From a virus, in IMG/VR virus record IMGVR_UViG_3300045988_172914, positions 1 through 36,696 of that record: 36,696 bases of DNA; one strand, given 5' to 3'. Positions 1-10,184 of this stretch are shown piece by piece. A program made the translations under genes and the position numbers. Position 1 is the first letter of the stretch. Every line of letters begins with the position of its first letter. The notes under the pieces were generated by a model. The model was not told the origin of the DNA, ran no database searches, and saw only the letters and a list, made by a program, of their open reading frames with translations.

Positions 1-51
1 TCTCGCTGGACGAAGTTACCGCAAAACAGCCCCTCTCGCTGGACGAAGTTA
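1..51. repeat. Terminal direct redundancy: nt 1-51 are identical to nt 36646-36696 (contig ends overlap -> circular/terminally redundant phage genome)
   Basis: Direct string comparison of first and last 51 nt of the window. Confidence 0.9.
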
Positions 52-63
52 CCGCCGCAATGA
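1..63 (+). CDS. 3' end of the repeat-protein gene that begins at 35290 (reads ...SRWTKLPQNSPSRWTKLPPQ then TGA at 61-63); in frame whether the 51-nt overlap is collapsed or not
   Basis: Frame continuity with ORF 35290..36696, which has no stop inside the window; stop codon tga at 61-63. Confidence 0.55.
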   Translation, partial: SRWTKLPQNSPSRWTKLPPQ

Positions 64-100
64 GCATCAAATGTGCTTGTAAGTGAGATATAATATCACC

Positions 101-991
101 ATGAAAACATTCACCTCGCTTAAACAGGCGGCTGCTGATTATTGTGGACTAAACTACGACGACCGAGCCATGACGAAAATAGCTGATGATATCAATCAGG
201 GATTAAAGCTGTTTGCCAGCGACGGCGACCGATACTGGACAGAGCAGACGAGGCGAACCGACCTGGTATCCAATCAGGCAAGCTATCAGTTTCCCACGGA
301 CATGAACCGAGTGATTTCAATCAGGGCTGGTGCGGATGGGCATAATCTTACCCTGCAGGAGATCACCGACCGAGACGACTGGGCTAGGCTAGTTTCGTCC
401 GGAGCGTTAGGCGATCCAATATATTACCGAGTGCTATCTCGAAACAGCATCGCCTTGCACCCCACGCCGAATGTTGATAAACCCGGTGCGCTTATTGTCG
501 ATTTCGAACCGAGGATGCTCGACCTGACCTTAGAGGACAGAGAACTGAAAGGATCTTTTACGAAGGGGCGCAACACGATAGTTTTAGCTGAGTCACTGGA
601 CACTCCAGCCAAGTACCTTCACGATTGCTACATTTCTCTGCGTAGCGGTTATGACGACAACTGGTATCCAGTGGTTGCCTTTATGGACAACAAGACACTG
701 GTCATTGAGAATGAATATTTAGGCGAACAGGTCTCGAGCGCCAACTTCGTGCTTGGGCAATGCCCGCCTATTCCCGAGGAGTATCACACGGCGCTAGTTT
801 ATTATGCTTGCCAACAGTTCTTCTTGTTGCGCAAAGACCTAAGTGTCGCACAATATTATCAGCGACTGTTTGAGAATGCGATAGATCAGTATCGCAGTTC
901 TTATTCCTCGCGAACGAACAAGCCATATCGAGAAGCTAATCGAGGTGTCGTCTATGGCGCAAAGATTGCATTTCCCTGGAGGATAGGTTAG
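101..991 (+). CDS. Virion structural protein, 296 aa (alt GTG start 83); candidate tail tubular/adaptor protein by position
   Basis: Long ORF in structural arm; ATG 101 preceded by TATAAT at 89-94; no recognisable motif. Confidence 0.5.
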   Translation: MKTFTSLKQAAADYCGLNYDDRAMTKIADDINQGLKLFASDGDRYWTEQTRRTDLVSNQASYQFPTDMNRVISIRAGADGHNLTLQEITDRDDWARLVSSGALGDPIYYRVLSRNSIALHPTPNVDKPGALIVDFEPRMLDLTLEDRELKGSFTKGRNTIVLAESLDTPAKYLHDCYISLRSGYDDNWYPVVAFMDNKTLVIENEYLGEQVSSANFVLGQCPPIPEEYHTALVYYACQQFFLLRKDLSVAQYYQRLFENAIDQYRSSYSSRTNKPYREANRGVVYGAKIAFPWRIG

Positions 992-992
992 C

Positions 993-3002
993 GTGGCAAC
1001 CAATCGCGACTCGACAGACACCATCATCTCCCAGACCGAGTTTTACGGCGGCATGGGCACGGACAACAAAGTTGGCATCCAGCACAGCTACGCCGATAGT
1101 GAAGGCTTAGACACGCGAAAGAGCCCCGGAGCGATGACGTCTCTTCCGAGGCTAACTAAAATGAGCGGAAGTGATCTCAATGGGATTATTACCGCTATCA
1201 CCCAGTCGCCGGATGGCATTCGCTGGGCGATCACGGATCGAGGAACGATGTACGCCATCAATAAAGATGACACGCTGAGTCGATATTTCTCTGCACCAGG
1301 GTGGGGCGATCCCGCCAACGGCGACATAATCTACTGGTCGCCGAAGGATTCACTCTACGTCACCGGCGCAGAGCGAGTGTACTGCATGAACCACATCACT
1401 AAAGACGTCAATAAACGAAGTTTCTTTGAAGTCACAGGCTCACGAAGCACCTATCCAACAGTGGACACCATCTTGCAGAGAGACCGGGACGACAAGTGGA
1501 TCGGTAGTACAGTCAAGCGGCTGTCTTTTAAGAACGGGAACGATACCTATACAACCAAGAGCGAGCTATCTGAGGCGGATGTCGATAAGTGTATCTTTCT
1601 GCCCGACCAATCGCCGATGACAAGGGTCGGCGTACAGATAAAGAATAAACCCGTCGACAGTACTCTTACTCTAATCGTTCACGATGCCGGCGACAATGAA
1701 ATGGCTCAAGCCAGCGTTACGGACAAGACTGAGCTTTCCGGTAACGTAGCCTACTTTGACTTTGCCCCGTCGGTTTACCTGGAGGACTACGCCAATCACG
1801 GTAGCGAATACCACTTCCATTTAATTTCAGATAAGCCGTGGGAGGTATACGTCTACGAAGCTGGACGAATGTATGGACTACACTTTGAGTACTACGCCTC
1901 AATGCTGATGCGAACCAGCAGTAGGTCGCATCCGATTATCGGATTTTCTAATCGCAAACTGCTGATTGGCAATGGGTGCTACATAGCCGACTGGCTGCCG
2001 TCAGGAAAAGCTGAGGTCGACTACACTGAGCTGTCTCGTCACCGAGTTATGGTGGAAAGAGACACCGAAGTAACTAGTTTGACGACCAACGACGAGTATG
2101 CCGTGGCCGGTTGCGAACGGGTCGGTGAGGATAAAATGCGCTCGCCGCAAGGAGGGTCGATTGTTTTCTGGGACGGTGACTCTGCTTTCCTGAACTTCAA
2201 AATTGACACACCGATGGGTGCGCCCAAGAGCTTGTACACCTACCAAAACATGACTTACGTCATTATTGACGGCGCATTGTACGTCTATACAGGTAATAAG
2301 GCCTTGACTAAAATTAGAACCATTCGAGATAGCCAGAGCGAGTTTAGCGGCAAAGTAGACAACACTAACGTCTACAGCCATATGATGACCATTAGACGAG
2401 GCATCCTTTTGATGGGGTACCCATCCAAAACCACAATAGACAATATGCGTCATGGTGTGTATAGTTATGGTTCGATAGACAAGAACTACCCCAACAGCTT
2501 CTACTTTTCGTACTCATTACCCGACGGTAAAAAGTACAACACCGCCGACGAGCGGTTGTCTATCGGTGGTGTGTGGAACTTCAATGACACGCTGTATGTC
2601 TCATACTCGGTAACGACCGGTGAAAAGACTACCAGTTACCTCGGCAAGGTGGACAATTCGTCCCTGCCGGCGCCCGAATCTAAGTACGAGAGTTTAGAAT
2701 ACGACGCCTCTATGCCATGGAAGGCAAAAGAGCTCATGCGACTAGTGGCTACGTTCGATGCTCTGCCGAAGGGGTATACCGTTAGGCTTAAATACAAACT
2801 AGATGGCAAGGAGTGGCAGTATTGTACACACAGCGCCGGCGCCGGCGACACCATCTTGTCGGGAGACGTTAATAAGCGTTTCAGGACGGCTCAGTTCGGC
2901 GTCGATGTGTCATATAATGGCAATGAGCTAGTCCCTATTCGAATAACCTCTGTCGGAGCGGACGTCCGACCGCTGCAGTTTGAAGGAAAGATGCATATAT
3001 AA
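993..3002 (+). CDS. Large tail protein, 669 aa (GTG start, GGAGGA SD 10 nt upstream)
   Basis: Long ORF with SD; position after 101..991; beta-rich composition. Confidence 0.55.
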   Translation: MATNRDSTDTIISQTEFYGGMGTDNKVGIQHSYADSEGLDTRKSPGAMTSLPRLTKMSGSDLNGIITAITQSPDGIRWAITDRGTMYAINKDDTLSRYFSAPGWGDPANGDIIYWSPKDSLYVTGAERVYCMNHITKDVNKRSFFEVTGSRSTYPTVDTILQRDRDDKWIGSTVKRLSFKNGNDTYTTKSELSEADVDKCIFLPDQSPMTRVGVQIKNKPVDSTLTLIVHDAGDNEMAQASVTDKTELSGNVAYFDFAPSVYLEDYANHGSEYHFHLISDKPWEVYVYEAGRMYGLHFEYYASMLMRTSSRSHPIIGFSNRKLLIGNGCYIADWLPSGKAEVDYTELSRHRVMVERDTEVTSLTTNDEYAVAGCERVGEDKMRSPQGGSIVFWDGDSAFLNFKIDTPMGAPKSLYTYQNMTYVIIDGALYVYTGNKALTKIRTIRDSQSEFSGKVDNTNVYSHMMTIRRGILLMGYPSKTTIDNMRHGVYSYGSIDKNYPNSFYFSYSLPDGKKYNTADERLSIGGVWNFNDTLYVSYSVTTGEKTTSYLGKVDNSSLPAPESKYESLEYDASMPWKAKELMRLVATFDALPKGYTVRLKYKLDGKEWQYCTHSAGAGDTILSGDVNKRFRTAQFGVDVSYNGNELVPIRITSVGADVRPLQFEGKMHI

Positions 3003-3005
3003 AAC

Positions 3006-3275
3006 ATGGTGAATAGACAACCGTCAGTTTACGACCCAAACACCGGAGATTTAGTCCCATCGGTGACTAAATTGGTGCCGGCGTCAATGACTCAGGACTT
3101 TAAGTCGATTAACAACGTCGATGAAGCGTCTATGTCGAAGCAGGGGCAAATAGCTCCCCGGCAGACAAGAACTGGTGTTACTAGAGGTGAGCAAACTATC
3201 AAGGGGTGTATAAAAATTAAAGATGACACCGGCAAGGTGGTTGTCATCTTAGGATATCAGCCGGGGGCTTTTTAG
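3006..3275 (+). CDS. Small virion-associated protein, 89 aa
   Basis: ORF tightly packed between tail genes. Confidence 0.4.
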   Translation: MVNRQPSVYDPNTGDLVPSVTKLVPASMTQDFKSINNVDEASMSKQGQIAPRQTRTGVTRGEQTIKGCIKIKDDTGKVVVILGYQPGAF

Positions 3276-4147
3276 TGGCGGAGATAACACTTCCCAGTAC
3301 GATGCGGAGTCGACTCGACTACGGGCTCAAAATTGCAAAAAAGGGTTTTGACGTCAGGACGGCAGGCGACAACCAGTTGCTTTATAATTCCGGCTTTCCG
3401 TCGTTGCAAATAGCCGGGGCTGTGCGCTGGAGCAATTGGGAAATCACGCAAAACGGCAAAGTGCCCCGGTGGAACCAACGCGACGGCTCTATTACAGATA
3501 TGTGGAGGTTTAAGGCTCAAGTCAGACATGGACTGGGCTACCCGCCCATGCTGATTTGCGTCAGCTCTGGTGATGCCCGGGACATTGGAGTAACGCTTAA
3601 ATGGAACAGTAACTACATATATGCAGATACGGACATTGCTAAAAAATTAGATTCACTTAAGCAGTTAACGATTCTAATCTGCCCGATAGACATCAGCTAC
3701 GACATTGAGTACCCATACCTAGATAGCCCGGCTGAAGCTGAGTGGGGGCAATCTTATGATTATGGGCTAAAGCACACTTTGTCGGGCGATATCGACACTA
3801 AATTGGCTGACGACTTGGGGCTAAATCCGACAATCCAATCATCAATGGCCGTAGCGGTAAAAGTCGCCAACGGGAACGACGGCATTAGTGATAACCTCTA
3901 TTCATATACACCGCCCCTGCCCGTGTCCGATTTAGCTGTCCACCCATACTACCAAGGAAATGACGATCTGTGGTACATGGGCGACGTATCGATGCGGCAG
4001 GGCGGCATGGGGTATCGAACTATGACTAGCAACGGAATTGATAGATATGTTATCGACGCTGTTCTCGGTAATAAGAAGGCGTCGCTAGTAATAATTCGAC
4101 AGCCGATGGTAGCACCGACTAAGACTAGATTGACTATGGGGATGTAG
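3275..4147 (+). CDS. Tail fibre/spike-associated protein, 290 aa (GTG start)
   Basis: ORF with overlapping stop/start with upstream gene. Confidence 0.45.
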   Translation: MAEITLPSTMRSRLDYGLKIAKKGFDVRTAGDNQLLYNSGFPSLQIAGAVRWSNWEITQNGKVPRWNQRDGSITDMWRFKAQVRHGLGYPPMLICVSSGDARDIGVTLKWNSNYIYADTDIAKKLDSLKQLTILICPIDISYDIEYPYLDSPAEAEWGQSYDYGLKHTLSGDIDTKLADDLGLNPTIQSSMAVAVKVANGNDGISDNLYSYTPPLPVSDLAVHPYYQGNDDLWYMGDVSMRQGGMGYRTMTSNGIDRYVIDAVLGNKKASLVIIRQPMVAPTKTRLTMGM

Positions 4148-4149
4148 TA

Positions 4150-5544
4150 ATGAGATGGCTTAGGCTTGGCGGCGTAAAAGGCAATCTACAGAGCATTGAC
4201 AGCAACTGTCATGTTCAGCAAGGCGACACTCTAGATATGACCGTTCGCACCAAGAATAGCATTGGTGACGGATGGATATGTGGTTGCAGAACAGCCTGGA
4301 ACGGCATTGATAAGTTCGGCGTCTACATTAAGTATGGTCGATTCCGGTTTGGTTATGGCGCAGTGGAAAAGGCAATGGATTACGATATGGGCTGGAATGC
4401 CGATAACGATATTAGAATCTACAACATCCACTTAGAGCCAAGTTATGGGTCGGTCAACGGCAGGAGAGTAGATCTGAACGGCACGATTATCAATCCGACC
4501 AGGTCGTTCTTTGTCGGTTCAATAAACACAGGCGGTGAGATAGAGCCATTTTGCCCAAGGGTAGATATCGGTGAGATTATTATTAAGAACAGCGCTGGTG
4601 TAGAAAAGCTACACCTAGCGCCCGTCAAGCAAGGTAGTACTGAATACAGCGTCACCCCAGCCCCCAGCGATTGCCTGTTTGATTTAGTTAGTAAAACATA
4701 CAAGGTCAAGTATGCCGGCCCGGGCATGCCTCATTACGAGGATGATAGCGAGGATGAAAATAGTTCAGTCGGTGGAGCGAGCGTCATTCCAACTCGCAAT
4801 TATGGACTAAAGGTCGTCGCCAACGATGATAGCAAGATCGTTTATATGAATAGCGCCTATAAATTGATTGGAGCGGACATCGCCTGTTCTACGCCACAGA
4901 TCAAGTCGTACACCATCGATATTATCGGTGACGCCCCTGAGCCGCCGGTCAATCCACCGCCTCATATTTTCGATAACGTCTACCGCTCTGGCGAGGGCTT
5001 TCATCGCCGTCGTATTGGGACAATCGACACTGGCTATAGTGATAGAAATCTACGAATAATGTCGCTTGGCTGGGGACAAATCCAGCCATCCGTGGTCAAG
5101 GGTAGGGCTCATGAGTATTGGTGGAGTACTCAGAACGATATGTTTAATGTGTTCCTGCCGCCCAACAGCACATCATGTCAGCTGACCTACACTAATTGGA
5201 GTAGATTTCTTTACAGGTATACCAACGGCGAAGACGGCGCCAGCGTGGCCTTCTTTGTGTCGCACGTCAACGGCGAGTTTCCGGCAGTGGGCAACACTAA
5301 TGGGACACAGAAGACGTTGCCTGGTACACTAATGGGACTAGTTTCGGCTAGTATCGAATTTGTTGTTGAGCCTGGTGGAAAAATAGGTGTGTTCTCCGGA
5401 GTGCCGTACGGGTGGATGCAACGAGCTTATGATGACTGGCATGGCTTTCGCTTCGAGTCTAGAGCTTGGGTCTGGATGTGGCTGAGCGGATTTAGCTTAA
5501 CGCTAAGCGTTTTACACACGCCGTACGACTTGAACAAACTATAA
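4150..5544 (+). CDS. Putative tail spike/receptor-binding protein, 464 aa
   Basis: Long ORF, Trp/Gly/Asn-rich beta-type composition. Confidence 0.45.
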   Translation: MRWLRLGGVKGNLQSIDSNCHVQQGDTLDMTVRTKNSIGDGWICGCRTAWNGIDKFGVYIKYGRFRFGYGAVEKAMDYDMGWNADNDIRIYNIHLEPSYGSVNGRRVDLNGTIINPTRSFFVGSINTGGEIEPFCPRVDIGEIIIKNSAGVEKLHLAPVKQGSTEYSVTPAPSDCLFDLVSKTYKVKYAGPGMPHYEDDSEDENSSVGGASVIPTRNYGLKVVANDDSKIVYMNSAYKLIGADIACSTPQIKSYTIDIIGDAPEPPVNPPPHIFDNVYRSGEGFHRRRIGTIDTGYSDRNLRIMSLGWGQIQPSVVKGRAHEYWWSTQNDMFNVFLPPNSTSCQLTYTNWSRFLYRYTNGEDGASVAFFVSHVNGEFPAVGNTNGTQKTLPGTLMGLVSASIEFVVEPGGKIGVFSGVPYGWMQRAYDDWHGFRFESRAWVWMWLSGFSLTLSVLHTPYDLNKL

Positions 5545-5552
5545 TATGAGAT

Positions 5553-6377
5553 ATGGACGTTTATCAGAGAGTTCAAGAAGCGCAGGCTTACGCTGACCGG
5601 ACAAAGGCACGGGCGGAGCAAGAACGGCGGCTGGCCGATGACGCCAAAGGACAGTACGAGCGCAGTCTGAGGCTGGCGCCGGATATGACAACGCTGTACG
5701 AGCAATCGAAGGCTAAGTATCTAAATACGCCGGAGCTTGAGGCTGAACGCCGGGATGTGGAAAAAATGCGGGGATTGTCCGACAATGCCAAAACCGCTTT
5801 AGATAAGGTCAGTCAATCAATTAGATGGCAGTTTGCCGGCACGGGCATGAGCCAGGATAAAGCAGACGAGCTCGAAGAGGCACAGACTAAGGAATTGAGT
5901 TCTCAATTTAACACCTATCAGGCAAACTATCAGCAAGCGCAAACCGGCTACGAAAAACGTGTAGAAAAAGCATTCAACACGTCAATAGATGTTGCTAACA
6001 AAGATTACGATGTGGCGTGGCAGAAGATACGCAACAGGGCGAACGTCTGGTCTAGCTTGATTGATAGTAGTCGTTACTGGGGTGAAATGTCTTCCGGCGC
6101 ACAAACTCAGCTTTTCCAAGCACAGGCCGCCCGAGATGCTTGGGAATTGAGGCAGCGGGCTATGCGGCTAGAACGTGAGCTTCAGGAGATTGCTAACCGC
6201 AATGCCAGACGTGACGCTCAGCGGGCGATAGACGAGGTGATAGACAGACAGGGCGCCGGCATGATGTCAATGATGGACGACGCCCTTGGCTCGCTATTTG
6301 ACGCCCTCGCAGGGCGAGGCCGCTCTCGAGCGGTTGCTGGCGGTGGTGTTGGCGGCGGTGGTGGCGGTGACTGGTAG
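5553..6377 (+). CDS. Internal virion/ejection-type protein, 274 aa; coiled-coil with C-terminal GGGVGGGGGGDW tail; paralog of 6437..7375
   Basis: Shared blocks with the next ORF (TLYEQSKAKYLNT / TLYDEARAKYGNT; GTGMS / GTGMT; Gly-run + W at C-terminus). Confidence 0.5.
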   Translation: MDVYQRVQEAQAYADRTKARAEQERRLADDAKGQYERSLRLAPDMTTLYEQSKAKYLNTPELEAERRDVEKMRGLSDNAKTALDKVSQSIRWQFAGTGMSQDKADELEEAQTKELSSQFNTYQANYQQAQTGYEKRVEKAFNTSIDVANKDYDVAWQKIRNRANVWSSLIDSSRYWGEMSSGAQTQLFQAQAARDAWELRQRAMRLERELQEIANRNARRDAQRAIDEVIDRQGAGMMSMMDDALGSLFDALAGRGRSRAVAGGGVGGGGGGDW

Positions 6378-6436
6378 CGACTCAAGCGTTCTCCGCCCGC
6401 TCGTCGAGCAAGATTGATGCTATTATAACAACAGCT

Positions 6437-7375
6437 ATGTATGACTTTCCGAACCGAATAAACGAAGCAAAACGAGCCGTCGAGCGTAGTTACAACACTT
6501 ATAACAAGTACGAGGGCGACGCCGCTCAAGCTAAGCAGAGCCTGGATGCCAATATGGGGCAGACCAAGGACTATTCGACGCTATACGATGAGGCTCGAGC
6601 TAAATACGGCAATACTGACGAAATACAGAGGGCGTTTAATAGCTTAAAGAACGCTCGTGGCGTTGTTGATGAGCTAAATACAACAATATCCAAGATGCCC
6701 GAGTCAATTAGGCAACAGTATTCCGGCACCGGTATGACCGAAGCTCAAAGACAACGGGCGCTCGGAGCTCAAATAAACGCTCAGCAGCCTATCCTGCAAA
6801 ACGCCACCACCACCTATCAGAACGCCAGCAACGACTACAACAGCTTAATCGAGCGAGCCTTGAGAGAGGCGCAGCAGGTTGCCGGTGGAAACATGTCTTA
6901 CCAAACGAACACAACGAATAACCTGATGAACATCTGGTCGACCCTTCTCGGACAGCGCAATACTGCATATAACGAGAACCTGCAAGACCGAGGACTGTTG
7001 GCTAATCAATACGGCGCTAAGGATAAATGGGACTTAGCGCAACAGCAAGATGCGTTAGATAGGTGGAAAGCACAACAGGAGAACTACCGCGCTAAGTTAG
7101 CCGCTGATGCTCGAATAGAAGCAGCCAGAATAGGTAGTTACCTGCCTCAGCGTCAGCCCAGCAGAAGCAACAACGGCAAGCCTAAAAATAATAACATCTA
7201 CACACCAAGAGAACGTCAAGAGCCGATTTATGCTACCAAGGCTAATAATCTTTGGGATGCCATCAAGATGTATGGACCGCTAGCGGCACTTGGCGGTGGT
7301 ACGTTTTGGGCTAACAAGGGCATAGAGGATCGCTGGGGCGGTTCATCTGGCGGTAATGGCGGAGGGAGCTGGTAA
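6437..7375 (+). CDS. Internal virion/ejection-type protein, 312 aa; Q/N-rich; C-terminal GGSSGGNGGGSW tail; paralog of 5553..6377
   Basis: See paralogy above. Confidence 0.5.
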   Translation: MYDFPNRINEAKRAVERSYNTYNKYEGDAAQAKQSLDANMGQTKDYSTLYDEARAKYGNTDEIQRAFNSLKNARGVVDELNTTISKMPESIRQQYSGTGMTEAQRQRALGAQINAQQPILQNATTTYQNASNDYNSLIERALREAQQVAGGNMSYQTNTTNNLMNIWSTLLGQRNTAYNENLQDRGLLANQYGAKDKWDLAQQQDALDRWKAQQENYRAKLAADARIEAARIGSYLPQRQPSRSNNGKPKNNNIYTPRERQEPIYATKANNLWDAIKMYGPLAALGGGTFWANKGIEDRWGGSSGGNGGGSW

Positions 7376-7377
7376 AT

Positions 7378-8208
7378 ATGGATATTCTAGGTAACTTAGG
7401 CAAGATACTGTTTGGAACAGGTCGGCAATATGACCGTGATACGGTTAATAAGCAGATAGACCAAGCTAATGCTTTGAACCAGCAAGCTAATGACTATTAT
7501 GCTAAAAATATCGAGGGCGTCGACTGGGGTAGTCTTAGCCCCGATGAGCAGGCTAGACGTTCAGCAATCATGGACTCTTACAACAATGCCAGGGCTCAAA
7601 ACAAGAGCGGATTGGATACGCTTGGCAAAGCTTATGAGCAAGAGGAGAAAGACTGGCGATACAAGCCTTTTGGTAACGGGATAATCGGCGGTATCGTCAA
7701 TCCGATGTACCAGGCTGGAACAGCGGCGGTCGATTTAATGGGCGGTACTTACAGGCAGAACAATCGTGACCCCGTCTCAGATATTGGAGCTGGTGTCGAG
7801 AGCCTCATGAATATCATACCGGGAGCGTCAGGCGTCAAAGCTTTAATCTCAGATGGCAAGATTAGTAGGAGCGCACTAATTAGGAACGCCCTCTCAGGCG
7901 CAGCGAGTAGTGTAGCTAATGCTTATCGTGAGGGTGGACAGAATACGAAGCTCAGCGATGCTTTTAGTGGGGCTCCCCTGGGAGCCGCTATTGGTGCGCT
8001 TGCGCCGATTGGACTAGAGAAAGCTCAATCGTTCATGGGCTCACATCCGATTACCTTGAATAATTTCAGAAAACTGGCTCGGCCGCGAAACCTGGCGCTC
8101 GCCGGGGGGGCTTATGGACTCAGTCGGCTACTGGGTGGTGGACAGCCTCAGCCGGCACAACAGCAAGACGAAGATAGTTATGAACAGCTACTGGGAGGAG
8201 GTTACTAA
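7378..8208 (+). CDS. Internal virion protein, 276 aa; N-terminus MDILGNLGKILFGTG; C-terminal LLGGGY tail
   Basis: GGAGGGA SD; N-terminal motif shared with the next gene. Confidence 0.5.
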   Translation: MDILGNLGKILFGTGRQYDRDTVNKQIDQANALNQQANDYYAKNIEGVDWGSLSPDEQARRSAIMDSYNNARAQNKSGLDTLGKAYEQEEKDWRYKPFGNGIIGGIVNPMYQAGTAAVDLMGGTYRQNNRDPVSDIGAGVESLMNIIPGASGVKALISDGKISRSALIRNALSGAASSVANAYREGGQNTKLSDAFSGAPLGAAIGALAPIGLEKAQSFMGSHPITLNNFRKLARPRNLALAGGAYGLSRLLGGGQPQPAQQQDEDSYEQLLGGGY

Positions 8209-10088
8209 TGTCAATTTTTGGTTCGTTATTTAGCAGACTGTTTGGCGGTGGCGGTCGTGAGGTGGCCGAAAGAGCTGTCTCGGGGTTGGCTCGAAGCGCC
8301 ATCAACAATTATGGTGACGACGTCGCCAGAACGGCGCTGTCCGGCATTGGACGAAAGCTGGTGTCTGATTACGGCGACGACGCCGCTAGGGCTGTTGTAA
8401 GTAAGGCAGCGCCCGCAGTGACAGATGACATTGCCCGCAATGTTGTGGGTAGCACAACGAAAGGTGGCGGCAAGATTGCCAATAAAATTGCCGATGCGCT
8501 GGACGCTGGCGTAAATGACGCACTAAACGTAGGCAATAATTTGACCAGGTACGATTTGCAGGCCTTAGGTGACAATGCTCTCGATAACGCCGGTAAGCTG
8601 TATCGACGAACGGGGTTATCAGACACGGCCGACCAAGTGGCTTTCGGAAAAACTCTAACGGGGGGAGCTCAGAATAAGGGTAACGGCATGATTAAAGGGG
8701 AGGAAAAGCTGCTTGATAAATACACAAATAAGCTCAGATACGATAAGGGCACTCTAAATAACCTCGACCTATCCGACCTGGCGGAAGATATTGACGGTCT
8801 GTTGAGCACCGGAAACAAGTATGTAGCAGGCAAAGTGCGAGAGATGTCTGCCCCGGAAATGGCCGACTTCTTCGCCGGCGAAGCCAAGAATATGTCCAAG
8901 GTCAAGGATCCGTCGGAATGGGCTAAGTTTAGACAGGACAAGATGAATGAGATATCTCACGCCATCAACGAGCGGATTGAGGCCGGCATTCCTAAGGAAA
9001 CGGTACAGTCTGCTTGGAGTGACATGATTGATGAACTAGATAGCGCCGCAGTTCAGGCGCGCCAGGCCGGCAATACAAAATATATGAAAGCTTACGATAG
9101 GCTGGCGCGAGAAGCTGAAAGCGTGCCGATAGACGACCGCACGCTGGCAGGAATGCGCAACTTTAAGAGCGACTTCGTTCTTGCAAACAAGATTGCCAAG
9201 AAAAATGCCGTAGCGATGGGCGGCGGAACTCTTGAGGGGGCAGGTGGGTTAGCTGGCTCAATCATTCCTCGGCCACTCCGACGGGCTGCTAACGCTGTTG
9301 TTAATAAGCCCATTGAAGCCGGGGTTCGCAAGGCGGCCGAGGCGGCCGACTACCTATCCAAAAAGGTCAGAAGTGGTGAGGCCAGCGATTTACTAAAGAA
9401 CGCTGCTGTTGTCGGCGGGGCGGTGGCTGGGTTAAATGCTTTAGGTGGCAGTAACGCCCAGGCGCAGAGCGACGCCCGGGCACAGGGATACTCGGCGCCG
9501 GGCGCACAACCCCAAGGCAATTACCCGCCAGATACATCATCGTTGGCGCCGGTAACCGGGGTGCAGCAAAATACAATACCTAGTGCCACAGAACCGACAC
9601 TCAACGGCTACTCGATGGGCGATTTGGAGGACGGTTACGCTAAGGCGCTTATGGCTGGAGACAGCGCCTCGGCCAAAGCGATATCCTCGATGATTGACGT
9701 TCTGGACAACAGGATAACTCGCCAGTCCAGGGCGCAGACGGCTGCAACGAAGACAAGAAGTGGTACGGGCAGTAGTAGTTCGCCCGGCTCCGTAAACGCC
9801 ATTCTGGGGCTGTATCGACAGGCTGGCGGCGGTAGAGGTGCAGGGGGCGTCCTGACCAACCTCCTGAACAAGCTGACCTTTGGCGCATACAATCCTCAGG
9901 CAGCAGCATATGAAGCTCAAGCGCCGTCCATGGCAACAGCTCTGGCTAGGCTTAGTGGCGAAAAGGGCGTCTTGTCCGACCTGGACATTCGTAACTATGG
10001 TCGAATGGTGCCAAGTACCTCGGACAGCGACGCTGCCGCCCAGGCCAAGATTAGAGCAATCTACGACAGGCTGCGGGCGTCTGGCTAA
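8208..10088 (+). CDS. Large Ala/Gly-rich internal virion protein, 626 aa; N-terminus MSIFGSLFSRLFGGGG
   Basis: GGAGGAGG SD; ATGA-type overlap with the upstream gene. Confidence 0.5.
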   Translation: MSIFGSLFSRLFGGGGREVAERAVSGLARSAINNYGDDVARTALSGIGRKLVSDYGDDAARAVVSKAAPAVTDDIARNVVGSTTKGGGKIANKIADALDAGVNDALNVGNNLTRYDLQALGDNALDNAGKLYRRTGLSDTADQVAFGKTLTGGAQNKGNGMIKGEEKLLDKYTNKLRYDKGTLNNLDLSDLAEDIDGLLSTGNKYVAGKVREMSAPEMADFFAGEAKNMSKVKDPSEWAKFRQDKMNEISHAINERIEAGIPKETVQSAWSDMIDELDSAAVQARQAGNTKYMKAYDRLAREAESVPIDDRTLAGMRNFKSDFVLANKIAKKNAVAMGGGTLEGAGGLAGSIIPRPLRRAANAVVNKPIEAGVRKAAEAADYLSKKVRSGEASDLLKNAAVVGGAVAGLNALGGSNAQAQSDARAQGYSAPGAQPQGNYPPDTSSLAPVTGVQQNTIPSATEPTLNGYSMGDLEDGYAKALMAGDSASAKAISSMIDVLDNRITRQSRAQTAATKTRSGTGSSSSPGSVNAILGLYRQAGGGRGAGGVLTNLLNKLTFGAYNPQAAAYEAQAPSMATALARLSGEKGVLSDLDIRNYGRMVPSTSDSDAAAQAKIRAIYDRLRASG

Positions 10089-10184
10089 AGTGGCAGTCAA
10101 AAAACGTTGTACACTTTGCTACATTTGAGATAAATCAATGCTATAACAGTAGTATAAATATTTTAAGAAAGGAACTGTAGAATT

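Noticed and set aside
9537-10100. 187-aa and several 60-95-aa minus-strand ORFs inside gene 8208..10088, and the 150-aa minus ORF 2001..2453 inside the tail gene
   Set aside because: They are antisense shadow ORFs in GC- and Ala/Gly-rich coding sequence. They have no SD and break the operon polarity.
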